A stretch of 60,203 nucleotides of DNA, the filler included, from Basidiobolus ranarum (taxonomy: Eukaryota): assembly GCA_040143965.1 (NCBI GenBank). It is 4 parts of 4 records of this genome, joined end to end, with 100 filler letters (N's around TTAATTAATTAA, not from the genome) between each part and the next. Parts side by side here need not be neighbours in the genome. Positions count along the whole stretch, not along the records: positions 15,094 to 30,076 come from JASJQH010000401.1; positions 30,177 to 45,146 come from JASJQH010000402.1; 2 more parts are not named here. One strand, written 5' to 3'. The translations under genes and the position numbers were made by a program. Within the stretch, counting starts at the first letter, position 1; each line of letters starts with the position of its first letter. The notes beneath the pieces were generated by a model. The model saw only the letters and a program-made list of their open reading frames with translations, was not told where the DNA came from and ran no database searches. This document shows positions 25,966-39,400 of this stretch, piece after piece.

Positions 25966-27205
25966 TCTTTTGACCATTATATGATATGATTTTGTAGCCT
26001 TTGAAATTGTAACATCTGCCCATATGATGGTGGAGAATACTTATTATAGACGGATTGGTAGCATCGATTGCTATCTATTTTCCTCCCTCCCTACCCTTAC
26101 TATTCCCTTCTGTAACGACCGTATACCACTTAGTATTTTGAAGTAGACTTACTGATTCCCTTTTAAGAGTAAACATCTAATGCCAAATAGCGTGCACCCT
26201 TGTCTGGGTGGATAGTTATTTAGTGTGAATAATTTGCTAGTCATGTTAAATAAAGTTGCGTGATAATCACTTTTGTATAGATGAGCTCTTCTTGCCCAAT
26301 AAAACTGTCATGTATTGATTTAAAATCACATGCATTATGGTTACACACACCCCAAGGTAGGTCTTTAGGCCGTGAGTACAATTATTTGAGTGATGAATGA
26401 GAGTCAGGAGGACTTCCTGCATTGTTTATCATAGACAAACATAAGTGATTCTGAAGTGTTATTCTGCGGGAGGCGGTGCTTGAAGTTAATCAATAAGAAG
26501 TGCGCGATTCGTCAGATCTCCTGGTTGCATGGAAGATCGCTTTACTACATCACTCCCTCATACATGAACTCATACCAAGCCAATCACCTCATTCTTCATT
26601 GTTCTTGTCCCTATGGCTATCTGGGCTAATTGAAATGTACTCTCCTTTCTCGTAAATACCACTCGGAGTGTAACTGGCTAATGTTACAATTAACTGAGCC
26701 TATTGATTCCGTGAAATCCACTCCCCAGTATGCTGCGACTTAATCGAGTCAGTGTTGGAATAGAAGAGAACCAGCATTGCCAAGATATACAAGGGTGACA
26801 ATAGTGTAATGTCATTGTTGGGATGGGATAGGGAATTTGGTCATATAATAAACAAGCTTTACGGAGACGCAAATTAGAGTTACATTAAATGGACTATAGT
26901 GGCAAGTATGATTGAGATATGATGTCAGATACTACGCGTTCCACAAGTGTTAGCTTGTCCTAATCACTTACTCCTATGTTTAGTATACCTCCTATATCCG
27001 CTCCACGAATGAGGTTATGGCATACAACATCAGGACTGGACATGATTCATTTATGTAGCAGGTTTGATGACGTTGTCTCAACGCATCGAAGTCTCGTCAT
27101 CTCGCTTTGAACAGTATGGCAAATAATGTATATAAGGTGGCAACTTGCAACCCAAGTGTAATAAAGTTTACTCTCTTAATCTTAATCCCAACTAACTCTT
27201 GCACA

Positions 27206-27448
27206 ATGGCTCTTACCTTCTCCGATATTTTCAAGTTCATCTTCGCCGTTATTTTCCCTCCTCTTGGTGTTCTCTTGGAACGTGGTTGTGGCGTTGACTT
27301 GCTCATCAATATTGGTTTAACTTTACTCGGATTCATTCCTGGTTAGTATACGTAATCTGGCATAATTTTAAGATATTTCGCTAATCGGAGCTTTTCCTCA
27401 TTTATCTTAGGTATCATCCACGCCTTCTACATTATTCTGAAGTATTAG
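27206..27448 (+). CDS. PMP3: Pmp3/UPF0057 plasma-membrane proteolipid, 2 exons
   Basis: MALTFSDIFKFIFAVIFPPLGVLLERGCGVDLLINIGLTLLGFIPG|IIHAFYIILKY*. Confidence 0.93.
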
Positions 27449-28697
27449 TTGGAGCTGTTGTACTTCCACTTAAGGTTAATCGAGTGGAAACCGTTATTTA
27501 AACATTTTGCCAACTCAATTTATGTAGTAACTATAATCTGTTCGCACAAATAAATTCATTCTACTATCTCCACGGCAACCATTACTACTCTAATATACTC
27601 AACACTTGGAAGTGTTCTTTAAATCTTCCTAACGTAGCAACCTCGTATTTGTAACGTATAATTTGGAAGTCCACTTTCATGCATGCCCGATACGAGACTT
27701 AGCTCAGTGAACATACATATATGGTCGCTATATCAGGCATGTCGCTCCCTTGATAATATTCATTTGATAAACATCAGCACTTAGACAAATGTAGTTAACG
27801 TTGTTTCTATTTGAGCTTCTAATTTGATGATTCATTCACAACTAGTTACCTGTGCTAGGTCGTTCATCAAAATACCACATCCAATACTAGGCAATTGAGT
27901 GGTAGCTGTGCCTATCGGCGAGCTGATTGGTCAACTTCTTACCCTCACTTAAGCATGAAATGTAAATCAGGCACAAAGCTTAATTAAACCAAGTATTTTC
28001 ATAATGGACTATTTCTGCTTAGCGACGTTTGTGCTCCACACAAAGTACCACTTCGGGTTGGCAAACAGACAAGGCCCAAGTCGTTCTGAGTGTTGCTGAT
28101 ACGGGTGGTCAACTGCGGCATTTGGAATATTAAATTGATAGGAGTATGTTGTCCACCTGAGAACCGCCTACAAATCACGCGTGCTCCCGAATTCGTCACA
28201 TTTCGCCTTGGATAAATACGATTTGAGTCAAGAAATAGGAGCCTGTGTCTGAGACAGTGCCCTATTGTTTAATAGCCCCACCACACTTGCGCCACTCATT
28301 GTTCAATAGTTCATGGATGTTTGCAACCATCAGGGATAATGGTGTTCAACGAACCAGGGCAAACTCCGAATTATCTAATCTACCAAGATTCTCTCAACGT
28401 TTGTAGTGTTTCTGGCCAGATTTCGTTGTTGTTTCATTGACAATAGTTACACCGGTTTTTCCTCTTTATGGATTTCACTAGAATCTCATACATATAAACA
28501 TAGTCAAGAGTGACTAGTAATTGGTCAGAAACCCAATCGCATGCTCAGGAGATTGGACGAGCCATGTTCATTGGAAGATTAGGAGTATTCAATTAATCTC
28601 AGGTGACTGTCTGGTTGAATGGTTAAATAGATGAAGAGTAACGGACCGCTTATTTAGTCTCATTCATTTTAATTTAGCTTACTATACAAGGTTTGTA

Positions 28698-29663
28698 ATG
28701 CTAAAGAATATCTGCATCCTCACTCTTCCTTTCCTCTATGGGGCCTCTTTACTTGTGTCCGCATTCGATCAGACGCCTTTTGGCCTCGATACCACCAGAA
28801 ATGCCAGTTGCCCCGATGTGCTTTCCTGTAAAATGAGGAATGTAGATACTTGCTGCAGTCCTAAATATGGCCTACTGGTTCTTGCTCAACAGGTTAGTAG
28901 CGAGGAGAAGAACCATAACGAATTGAAATGGAATTAATGGGTTACGTTACTTGTAGTGGATAGTTGGTTATGGACCAAAGGATGCATTTACTTTACATGG
29001 TCTTTGGCCAGATACATGGTAGGTGTTGATTACTTCGACTCATTTTAGTGCTAACCACCAACTAACTTGTATCTTCTGTGGTAGTGATGGTGGTCATGGC
29101 CCAGAAAATGGCTGCGATAGCTCACGTCTTTATGATGATATTGGTACAATTGTGAAAGCAGACTACGAGTTATACAATGATATGAATGCCTATTGGCCAT
29201 CATACAAAGGGAACAATCCATCCTTTTGGTAGGTGATAAAGGAAGGATTTTTACTCCACACAATCACTTACACATTCTATTATCAAGGTCCCACGAATGG
29301 AACAAACATGGAACTTGTGTCTCCACCATGGATCCCAAGTGTTATAACAACTATACCAAGCATGCAGATGTGCGAGATTTCTTCCGCACAGCACTGGATC
29401 TTCGTAAAAAGTTCGATATTTACCAAGCTTTAGCTAACCAGGGTATTACTCCGGGAAAAACATATGATCGTAACCAGTTCGCTGATGCCATCGAGGAAGA
29501 GCTAGGAGTTCAGGTCTTCTTGCGTTGTCGTGGTAGAAGCATGCTACAAGAAATATTCATGTGGTTCCATGTACGTGGAGCCTCAAATTACGTACCAAGC
29601 AAGCGATTAAATGGAAACCGCGGGTGTTACAAGGTCATCTACTATCCACACAAGTATGTCTAA
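28698..29663 (+). CDS. Secreted ribonuclease T2, multi-exon
   Basis: Signal peptide, DTCCSPKYG, CAS I FTLHGLWPD, CAS II FWSHEWNKHGTC. Confidence 0.93.
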
Positions 29664-29920
29664 GACCTTTGTGTATAGGGTCAGTATAGTTCTTGGGATT
29701 ATTGAAGGCGAAGACAACGTATGTATGGGGTATCTGTTTCTGTATTTTTAGTTTCATTATAAGAATCCAATTTCTTCAGAATATTAAATCATAACGTAAT
29801 TTATAAATGATGAAATCTAAGTGATGGCAAAATAAATTCAAGTGAAAACTTTAAAAATGTTTCTGAATCATTAGGAACCACTTTGGCTGGGACTTTAATC
29901 AAATCTATCTGGTTCAAAAT

Positions 29921-30076
29921 CTATTCATATTCTTCGTTCTCCTCCTCTGCTCCTTCTTCAAACCCAAAATCCTCTTGACCATCGCCATCCCCGTCACCAG
30001 TCCCTCTCTCCTCGTCTTCGTCATTAGAGTAGGTATAACATAGATAATTAAAATCTAGCACCTGGGATACCTGTAA
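29921..30076 (-). CDS. 3' end of a gene cut by contig end; possibly tyrosinase-like with acidic tail
   Basis: Open 52-codon frame LQVSQVLDFNYLCYTYSNDEDEERGTGDGDGDGQEDFGFEEGAEEENEEYE*; VLD-x3-LCYxY resembles the YxY motif ending type-3 copper protein core domains. Confidence 0.4.
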   Translation of the reverse strand, partial: LQVSQVLDFNYLCYTYSNDEDEERGTGDGDGDGQEDFGFEEGAEEENEEYE

Positions 30077-30176
30077 NNNNNNNNNNNNNNNNNNNNNNNN
30101 NNNNNNNNNNNNNNNNNNNNTTAATTAATTAANNNNNNNNNNNNNNNNNNNNNNNNNNNNNNNNNNNNNNNNNNNN
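30077..30176. other. Artificial contig linker
   Basis: 44 N + TTAATTAATTAA + 44 N. Confidence 0.98.
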
Positions 30177-30218
30177 ATCCGAGTCTCCTCAAGAATTGTT
30201 TTTAATTAGTAATACTCA

Positions 30219-32621
30219 TTGAGAATGAATACACTAATACCTTCTTTCGTAAACTACACGGCACGAGGCTGTGAGCTACCTAATAAGCAGTCATCTCCCA
30301 GCAAAGGATTCAATTCACGACAGGTCATTCGTCAAAGCCTGATCAAGCCCTGCAACCCTGCCAAGAATGTGATCAAAATCAGCAGTCATCTGCGTAGATG
30401 GCACCATATATTTCCTAAGCCAGTCCCCATTGATTGTACCAAATGGACCTCACTTTGTAGCCCAGCCTGTCTACCTCTTACCACTGATTTCTTCCCAACC
30501 CCCGACGAACTCGCCGACTTCTACCAAGAGTACACCTACACAGTGTCGCCCAATGATGAGGTAAATGCGTTTTCGTATCAGGATGCTCCAGCATCTGGCC
30601 AAAGCATCACTGAACGGTTACTACTGGATATGATATCACAAAGACTGGCCCAAGGCTTTCAATTAGTTGTGCCAAACTCAATAGAGACTTCTCAGAAGAG
30701 CTCCGATCATCACCTCTCATTCTCGCCAGCTGAAAACAACAATGGTGTATTGGCACTTAGTAGAAGCTCCAATAACGAGTACGATGGTAGCAAGTTTGGT
30801 GGGAATAAATCCTCTGCGACTACCCCTTACTATCTCAGCATGGGGCACCATGTCCATAAGTTGTGGTACGATAATACCGGGCAGAATGTCGAGGTCAAAA
30901 GATATGTTCGACGACTAGCGTATACAATCAAACCGATCTCCTACTCGTGTGCCGTTTGGCCCAAATATATGGATGGTTACCAACCTCGCCAAGTGTCATT
31001 TCATTACCCAGTTCTTTCACAATACAATTGGAACTATCTTGATCATCTTATCTCCGGTTACCAGGATGAGATGACCGACTCTCTGCGTTTTTGGCGAGCA
31101 AGATTTGCACTCATACCTATGGAAGTCGTCCCCTCTAATCATCTGACTAACCCGTCAAATGAAAATCTGGACGATGAAGAGCTTCGTTTAGCAGGATTCT
31201 TTAAATTCCAAGAACTACTGTGGAAAGTCCGTTGGGATCCCAATCAAGAGAAAGGAGAAGCGCGAAACAACAATAACAGAAAACAAATCAGTAATAAGCT
31301 AGATATCAAATTTACTACTTGCAACATCTCGACATTCGTTGCTAATCACTCGGATTCTTGGGGGGAAAGTACGGACTTTGCAACAATGTCGATTGGCTCA
31401 AGAAAAGGTTCCGGGTATTTAGCAAACGGAGAAAAGATGATCACCAAAGAAGCGAAACTCTCCACAGTCGCCACAGCTATGCAGAACCCAATTACTGGAG
31501 TAAAGCTTCAAGATAGGAGATGGCACTTTAAGCTGTTCGAAGGTGTATTTGTTGGGAACGAATTTGTTGACTGGCTGATCAAAGAGTTCTCCGATTTAGA
31601 AAGCAGAGATGATGCCCTTGAGTTTGGTAACAACCTTATGACCCAAGGACTGTTTATCCACGTTTATAAGAAACATCGGCTGTTGGATGGACACTATTTC
31701 TATCAACTTGAGTCGGAATATGCTGCGGCTAGAGCTACAAAAAGCTGGGGTGTGTTCCGAAATACGAAGAACAATAACGAGTCTAATTCCAAGCCATCTG
31801 ATGACCAAGCATCCATGTCAGAAAAAAGACCGGCAAAAATTGACTTGAGCCGTAGTATCACTATTGATATCGACAATTCCAAGCGTAGTGATCGCCCTGA
31901 ACGAGCCATTTTGCATTATGATGTGGTGCACAATCCAAAAACATGCTATCACTTCCAACTCGACTGGTTGGATTGTACTGCTCGCTTGATTGAAGATCTT
32001 TTGCAATCATGGGCAAGAACTGCAGACAAATGCGGGCTTAGGCTGGTTGAAGTACCGGTTCAACAAGCAAGAATGGATACTAGTGAGAACCCATTCCAGG
32101 CACCAGTTGCAATAAGAATGACAGCCCCACCACCTCCATTGAGTATACTGGAGAAAAAGGCCGGAAACCTTGTTCACATTCCTCACCTCTATTTTGAGAC
32201 TGAACTCGCCAAGCACCACGGGTTTGTGCTAGAGCAAGAGGCGGACGAGCTCTTCCCAACCGGGGTGGAAATAACCCACTCTTATTACAAAACACCGGCT
32301 CGATACTCCCAATACATTCACCGGTCTGGAGTCGCTATCATTCAAATCTGCGACCCTGGCGAAGGTTTCCTCTGGGTCAACAATAGATTGTTTACCTCGC
32401 ACAGCAATAGTGGCAACCAAAACAAAAATATCTTGAATCAACTCCCCAACCCAGACATACTGCGGTTGCAATTCCAAAGATTCTGTCAAGACACCAAGCA
32501 GCTGAACGATTTTTGGGAGGACACGACTAGCAAGTTTTCGGTGGAAACCTTGGTAGAAAACTGTGGTAGTGATCTACAAACCGTCACAAATCAATCATCC
32601 GTCGAAAAAGAAATCGACTAG
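30219..32621 (+). CDS. IML1: Iml1/Sea1/DEPDC5 (GATOR1/SEACIT subunit), C-terminal part; 5' exons missing
   Basis: RRWHHIFP, KWTSLCSPACLPLTTDFFP, QRLAQGFQLV, YNWNYLDHLISG, DEP domain (DRRWHFKLFEGVFVGNEFVDWL...LLDGHYFYQL), QYIHRSG. The true exon probably starts near 30268 after an intron remnant. Confidence 0.93.
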   Translation: MRMNTLIPSFVNYTARGCELPNKQSSPSKGFNSRQVIRQSLIKPCNPAKNVIKISSHLRRWHHIFPKPVPIDCTKWTSLCSPACLPLTTDFFPTPDELADFYQEYTYTVSPNDEVNAFSYQDAPASGQSITERLLLDMISQRLAQGFQLVVPNSIETSQKSSDHHLSFSPAENNNGVLALSRSSNNEYDGSKFGGNKSSATTPYYLSMGHHVHKLWYDNTGQNVEVKRYVRRLAYTIKPISYSCAVWPKYMDGYQPRQVSFHYPVLSQYNWNYLDHLISGYQDEMTDSLRFWRARFALIPMEVVPSNHLTNPSNENLDDEELRLAGFFKFQELLWKVRWDPNQEKGEARNNNNRKQISNKLDIKFTTCNISTFVANHSDSWGESTDFATMSIGSRKGSGYLANGEKMITKEAKLSTVATAMQNPITGVKLQDRRWHFKLFEGVFVGNEFVDWLIKEFSDLESRDDALEFGNNLMTQGLFIHVYKKHRLLDGHYFYQLESEYAAARATKSWGVFRNTKNNNESNSKPSDDQASMSEKRPAKIDLSRSITIDIDNSKRSDRPERAILHYDVVHNPKTCYHFQLDWLDCTARLIEDLLQSWARTADKCGLRLVEVPVQQARMDTSENPFQAPVAIRMTAPPPPLSILEKKAGNLVHIPHLYFETELAKHHGFVLEQEADELFPTGVEITHSYYKTPARYSQYIHRSGVAIIQICDPGEGFLWVNNRLFTSHSNSGNQNKNILNQLPNPDILRLQFQRFCQDTKQLNDFWEDTTSKFSVETLVENCGSDLQTVTNQSSVEKEID

Positions 32622-33047
32622 AATATAGATTTTATTGAGTTTCCTGTGTACAGCCTCTTGTAATATATTATATAGTATAATCCATTTAAACCAGAAGTCT
32701 AGATAAATCGTAGTCGTGAACTAGCTACAATAATAGCTGTTCATCTGATCATGCTTTTACTCGTCTCCCTCCTGACCATTTTGCTGGTGACGCAAACTGT
32801 ACGTTTATTTCGCCATGTGCTAAGCATCCAATTGGGATGGTCTAATAGTGATAATTTAACCACTTTATACATTAGCCATCGATGATTTAGTCGACGATTT
32901 AGTGGGTGATAGGAGAATCCGATTCATCCCAATGATTTAGTGGACTTGGTAGATGAAATAGTAGTGTAGAATTGTCATTTTGCCTTTGCCTCAATTTTCT
33001 ATAAACTACGTCTTTTTACTCATTTGAACCATCTATATCACTTTACT

Positions 33048-33941
33048 ATGGATAGATACCAGCGTCTCGAGAAGCTAGGAGAAGGTACATATGCCAATGT
33101 TTATAAAGGTAAAAATCGCATGACTGGTGAAACGGTAGCTTTAAAAGAAATCCACCTTGATACTGAAGAGGGTGCCCCTAGTACTGCCATTCGTGAGATA
33201 TCTCTTATGAAAGAACTAAAACATGCGAATATTGTTCGATTAAACGATGTCATCCATACGGAAAATAAGCTAATGCTGGTGTTTGAATTTATGGATAAAG
33301 ACTTAAAAAAATATATGGATACCCATGGGAATAACGGAGCTTTAGATCCCATGCTCATCAAATCCTTTATGTTTCAACTTCTTCGGGGTATAGCTTTTTG
33401 TCACGAGAATCGCGTTTTACACAGAGATTTGAAACCACAAAATCTTTTAATCAATGCTCGTGGTGAACTGAAGTTGGCAGATTTTGGACTTGCTCGTGCT
33501 TTTGGTATTCCTGTAAATACTTTTTCTAACGAAGTCGTAACCCTGTGGTATCGTGCTCCAGATGTTTTACTGGGCTCTAGAAATTACACCACCACCATTG
33601 ACATGTGGTCTGCTGGCTGTATTATGGCAGAGATGTACACTGGACGACCATTATTCCCTGGTACCACCAATGACGACCAGTTGTTAAAGATATTTCGACT
33701 TTTAGGAACTCCCTCGGAGCACACTTGGCCAGGGGTAAGCCAACTCCCAGCTTTTCGCAATAACTTCCCTTACTATCCTCCACAGAACCTTGCACAAATT
33801 CTCCCAAACATTGATCCATTTGGGATTGATCTTCTGGCTAGAATGTTACAATATCAACCCCACCTCAGAATCTCTGCCAAGGATGCTTTACAGCATGTTT
33901 ATTTCCAAGATTTAAATGTTGCCACCACCAGACACGCATAA
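33048..33941 (+). CDS. PHO85: Cyclin-dependent kinase Pho85, intronless
   Basis: [75 protein letters not shown]. Confidence 0.95.
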   Translation: MDRYQRLEKLGEGTYANVYKGKNRMTGETVALKEIHLDTEEGAPSTAIREISLMKELKHANIVRLNDVIHTENKLMLVFEFMDKDLKKYMDTHGNNGALDPMLIKSFMFQLLRGIAFCHENRVLHRDLKPQNLLINARGELKLADFGLARAFGIPVNTFSNEVVTLWYRAPDVLLGSRNYTTTIDMWSAGCIMAEMYTGRPLFPGTTNDDQLLKIFRLLGTPSEHTWPGVSQLPAFRNNFPYYPPQNLAQILPNIDPFGIDLLARMLQYQPHLRISAKDALQHVYFQDLNVATTRHA

Positions 33942-34275
33942 GATTGGATGTATTTTGAGTTACTCTGATTTTAGCATTCATCCTTCAAGAATTTCATTTG
34001 ATTATTCTAAGCCCTAACCCTACAGTCAATAACACATTCCTATTCCACTCACCCTACCCTAATCGCTAAAATATTTATCTCCTTTGTAAGGAGAAATAAA
34101 CCCATTCAACACAAAATTAAGAAAATAAATGAGACTAGCTAAAATTTTATGAAAATTCATATTAATATTGTTGATAAGGATGATCCAATGAAACGAATGT
34201 AATATGTAAACACGAATTCATCATCGACATGTAATAAGTTACTTCAAATCAATTTCCAAATTTAGTCACTCTTAA

Positions 34276-34855
<580 letters not shown>

Positions 34856-35640
34856 GTTCTAAGAGTCATTTTTAGAAAATTCTCAATATCTTTAGTGTAT
34901 ATATCTACATCTTCTTGGTCCAAATATTATTTTTAAATAAAGAATTCTTTGTGTTCTAAAACAGAACAATACAGTACATCATAATTTTCTTGAATGTGTC
35001 TTAATATATACAATAAGAATTGCACCATGTCACGGGAAGCTTCTCGATATTAAAGAATAATTCTGCTGCTAGAGTTGTATACTTGGAGATATACATATGT
35101 ATCAACTGGAATGAAAGATTATAATAGAGGAATATTATGTCCAGTTCAAACCTCGTATATAGTATTCTCGTTTTTTGTCACTAGAGGAATTAGATTCTTA
35201 GAGTCAGTCTTAATAGCTAGAGGTTAGATTAGATGGACTGAGAATAAAAATAAACCATATATATCCTATGCTATATTAGAAGGTGAAACCTCGATTGAAC
35301 GTACTGCTAGTATTATATCGAGATTTACTATTACTATTATGTTTAGGAGAAAAATATCAAGTCGATCGAAGTATATGATATTATGTCAGGAGAGAAATAT
35401 CTAGTCTTGATTGACGGTATTGGAGATGAATATCTGGAAAAACTCCGTTTAACTATGGTTCTTTCACTTCTTTTTGTACTCATTGAAAATCATTCAAACA
35501 ATTTACAAAGTCTATGATATGTCAAACCATTTATCTATGTAGCAAATAAGTATATATAATGTAGAATGTCATTTTATTGCTGTCAAATTAATCATCAAAT
35601 ATAAATATATATACAGGAAAAGCAGTAGTGAACTGATGGA

Positions 35641-35988
<348 letters not shown>

Positions 35989-36014
35989 TCAAACATTTGG
36001 AACATACCCTTGGC

Positions 36015-36079
36015 TTTTATATCTTCAAACGCGTACGCGTGTTAGTTTTCGGTGTAAACCTTATCTTGATGGTTATTGG
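36015..36079 (-). promoter_or_regulatory. Histone H4 promoter: TATA, tandem MCB boxes, CCAAT
   Basis: ATATAAAA (minus strand, 36015-36022), ACGCGTACGCGT 36029-36040, CCAAT (minus strand, 36075-36079). Confidence 0.6.
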
Positions 36080-36403
36080 TCACCGCAAAGTAATTTCAAT
36101 TGTACCCTCTATATTTGGAAATGTTAGAAATGGTACACATCATGGAAACTCTGATTGGTGGTGAGGGATTTGGTGATGATTTCGATTGTGACGCGATATT
36201 TGAGTGTGACAAATGGTTAACACGTAAAAAGATTTATTGAACAGGTAAATGTAGATTACAAGTGGGACATCATCTGGTTGTAAGCTCTTTAGAGTACAAA
36301 TCCTATATCAAATATTAATGACAACATCTGGCTAAATATAAATAAACTACAAAACGTGAATTACGTGAATTACGCGAATTCCATATAATTATGTTGATCT
36401 TGA

Positions 36404-39400
36404 TTATTGCGATGACAGTTGACTAATGTCATGTTTACCCTGACAACATTTTTTTACATCATCCAGTTCTGGATCATGGGAAGATGATGATTCAGGTCCT
36501 GGATTTAGTGTGGCTTTGGAGGGTCGTTTGAACAGACGACTTAAGCTGTGCTTTGTAGACAGTGTTCGGCTTAAATTATTCACTTGCGAGGGAGGTAGGG
36601 CAAACGAACTGTTGCTACGAGAGGAAGCAATGGTGTGTTGCGTACGTTCTTCATCACTTTCCATTGTACTGTTGTTGTTAGAGCCAGCTGACCATCTACG
36701 GGTTCTGAAGCTGTTCGCGGAGATGGGTGCCACTGGCTGACGACTTTGTAAGTAGGTCAACGCAAGTAACCACAAATCATGGCGTTCCTTTTCCAATGCT
36801 TTGATTTTCATTTCACGATTTGGTGTTTGGATAATTAAACTGTATGGATTACCATCAGTGGAACCTGGCAGTGGTGGCTGATCTAGCACTACTCTGACTG
36901 AGGTAACATACTGCACTTTGGTTTTGCTACTCTTACTACGATACAGATCCGTGCCGGATTGCTCTGCGCACCAATTAACCGTTTTGGCGTATGGATGGAC
37001 CCAGAAGAATCTCAAATGCTTTTTCTCGCTTATACCACCACCAATGACTTTCCGAGTATACTTCCACATGTAATTACCCATCATAGTCTGAGTAATAGCA
37101 TGAATAATGGACGGATCCACCCCGATAGTACGTCGACGTTGAAGGCTCACTGTTTCCATATCTTCGTGAGTGGAGTTCTGTCGATTTTCGTTTAACAGTG
37201 GTGATTGGGGTGCTGAGACACTCAATCGGTGCTCTCTTAGATGGTCTTGCATTGCACTGGAGTTACGAATCGACCAGTTTCTCGTAGGTGGTTGATGAGC
37301 ACTAACTGATCTTTGAGAGATAGAGGTTTGACTAGTAGATGGGTGAATGGTGGCTATAGGCTCGTTATAGGGTATTCTTTCATCGTCTGAACTAGATTCA
37401 GATGCCGAAGAGGTTCTCTTATCAATCTTACTGCTGATGCTGTTTTGGGTAGCATGTTTCTGACGAAGAGCTCGGGAAGTACCAGGTAGTGGTGGTGGCT
37501 TCATTGCCGGACTTCTAGGTTCCGCCATAGCAGGTTGTATACATGAATCGAGAGTTTGTGTTCCTATTTCGCGAGTGTTTCTACTTTCCGGTTGCATCTC
37601 ACTGAAAGCCAGCTCATTCTGGGATGGTTGCGCAGGGTCGTTAGATTCATTCTTAGAGGGTAGTTCGTTCACACTAATTTGCGAGCTTACTACATCATTA
37701 CTGAGAATATCGGTAGGGTAATCAACACCTTGGATAATCAAATCCGTGCCTAGTTGACTAATCTGTACACTACGACGCATCGAACGTGAATGTGTTTTGT
37801 AGGGCGCAAGTTGATCACGTGAACTAGTAGCATCATCAAGAGGTTTCTCTGAGTGTTCACCATCATCTTGGGAGATATTTTCAACAGAAGGAATCACTCC
37901 GTTGGATTCATATTTTCCATTGATTCTTTGAGTACTCAAGCTTTGGCTATCAGTTTCTTTCAACATATTCCCATCGCGGTCCATTGGGGAATGCTGAGTC
38001 GGTAGAGGTACACATCTTTCAGAGTCATCAATATACGGCATGTCTTGAGATTGTTTCTGTTCTGCAACATCATTGACAGCTTTAGGTAGTTCAAGATCAT
38101 TAGAAGATGTCGAGTTTTCGACGGTGGTGATAGGACTTGCAGAGTGGTTGTTACTTGTAATATGTTCGTCTATGCTGTTGCTAATTCTACTTTCAACAAT
38201 ATTACTATTAATCGGCACATCAGCCACATTCTGGTTTCGTGGTGATGATTGATGATTGACAAGCATTGTTTGCCCTGTGACCTTTTGGTTATCTTCGGAT
38301 GTGAGGTAAGATGAAGGTATGCTTTGGTTATTCAAGTGAGAGGGTTGAATAGCTGAGTTGAGTGCTACTGAGGTGATGGTATCCTCTGCTAGCTCCTGGC
38401 CAGCTTTCGTAATCGACGGAGTAACTGATACATTTGTGCTATGTTCATTGTCGGAATATGGTCTTACAGAAGAGTGGGGAGTGTGTGAGGTGATAGTAGG
38501 GTCCGACACCTGATCGCCTCTTGGATGTAATTGCTCGTCAAACGGAGCTGGGGTTTCTGTAGCATTAAGAGCCCGTACTTCAACCGAAGAAGGTACTGAT
38601 GGTGTGATTACATCTACATCTTGCTCGACATTACGGTCTTGCTGAACATTCAATTTAGAAGAACTTTGTTTGTTGGCATAGGGTTTCTCGTTTATAGAGC
38701 TTGAGTCTGTAGATTGTGTTGGTTTCTGACTAATTTCTAAGGCAGATTGTATCGCACTGTCAGTTGTCATTTCAGACAAGTCGTTGGATAGTGTGCCAAC
38801 ATGCTGGTTCAATCCCTGCACACTTACATCAGAGTGAATAGATGGTGCTATTTGTTCTGTGCGGAGAGTGGGCCTCTCAATGTGATCTTGAGTTAGCTCT
38901 TTTTCAACTATGGGTTGGCCAGGTTCTTTTTCCCTTCTCAATAGTGATTCTGAGTTAGACAAGGTATTGGTTTGGTCAGTGCCAGATGTACCGACTTCAT
39001 CATTATATTGGCTAAACTGATCCAAATTGGCTTTCTCTGAAGAATCTTCGAGTATAACTGAACTTGTAGAATTGGCTTTAGATTGACTACCGTCTGAGAT
39101 AGAGAGTTTGAAGGAATGATAAAGGTCTTAAGGTAAGTACTTGGGTTACAAGGAAGATCAGATGGATGAATAGGCATTTACCTTCGTTGAGAGTTTCTGA
39201 GGTAATTGCTTCATAATGTCTATTGAGGTTTTGTGAATTGATCAGCTCCTTCTCCACTACGGCTGTGGTTGTCATCAGATCCATACTAGTTCCATCATTC
39301 TCAATTCCAGTTGTCTTATTTGCATAGCGTTTGGTCTCTGGTGTTACAGGTTCGAATTGATCAGAGCTCGTTGAAGCTTGTTGTGAATTTACCGATGAGT

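Noticed and set aside
31596-32489. Antisense ORFs inside IML1 (and similar ones inside DUF262, NUM1, PI-PLC and transporter genes)
   Set aside because: Shadow ORFs of real coding sequence.
8554-33941. Apparent phosphate-regulon cluster (Git1, Pho80-like cyclin, RNase T2, Pho85; CACGTT at 8554)
   Set aside because: The genes lie on three different contigs. Only Git1 and the cyclin are neighbours, and a single hexamer is not significant.
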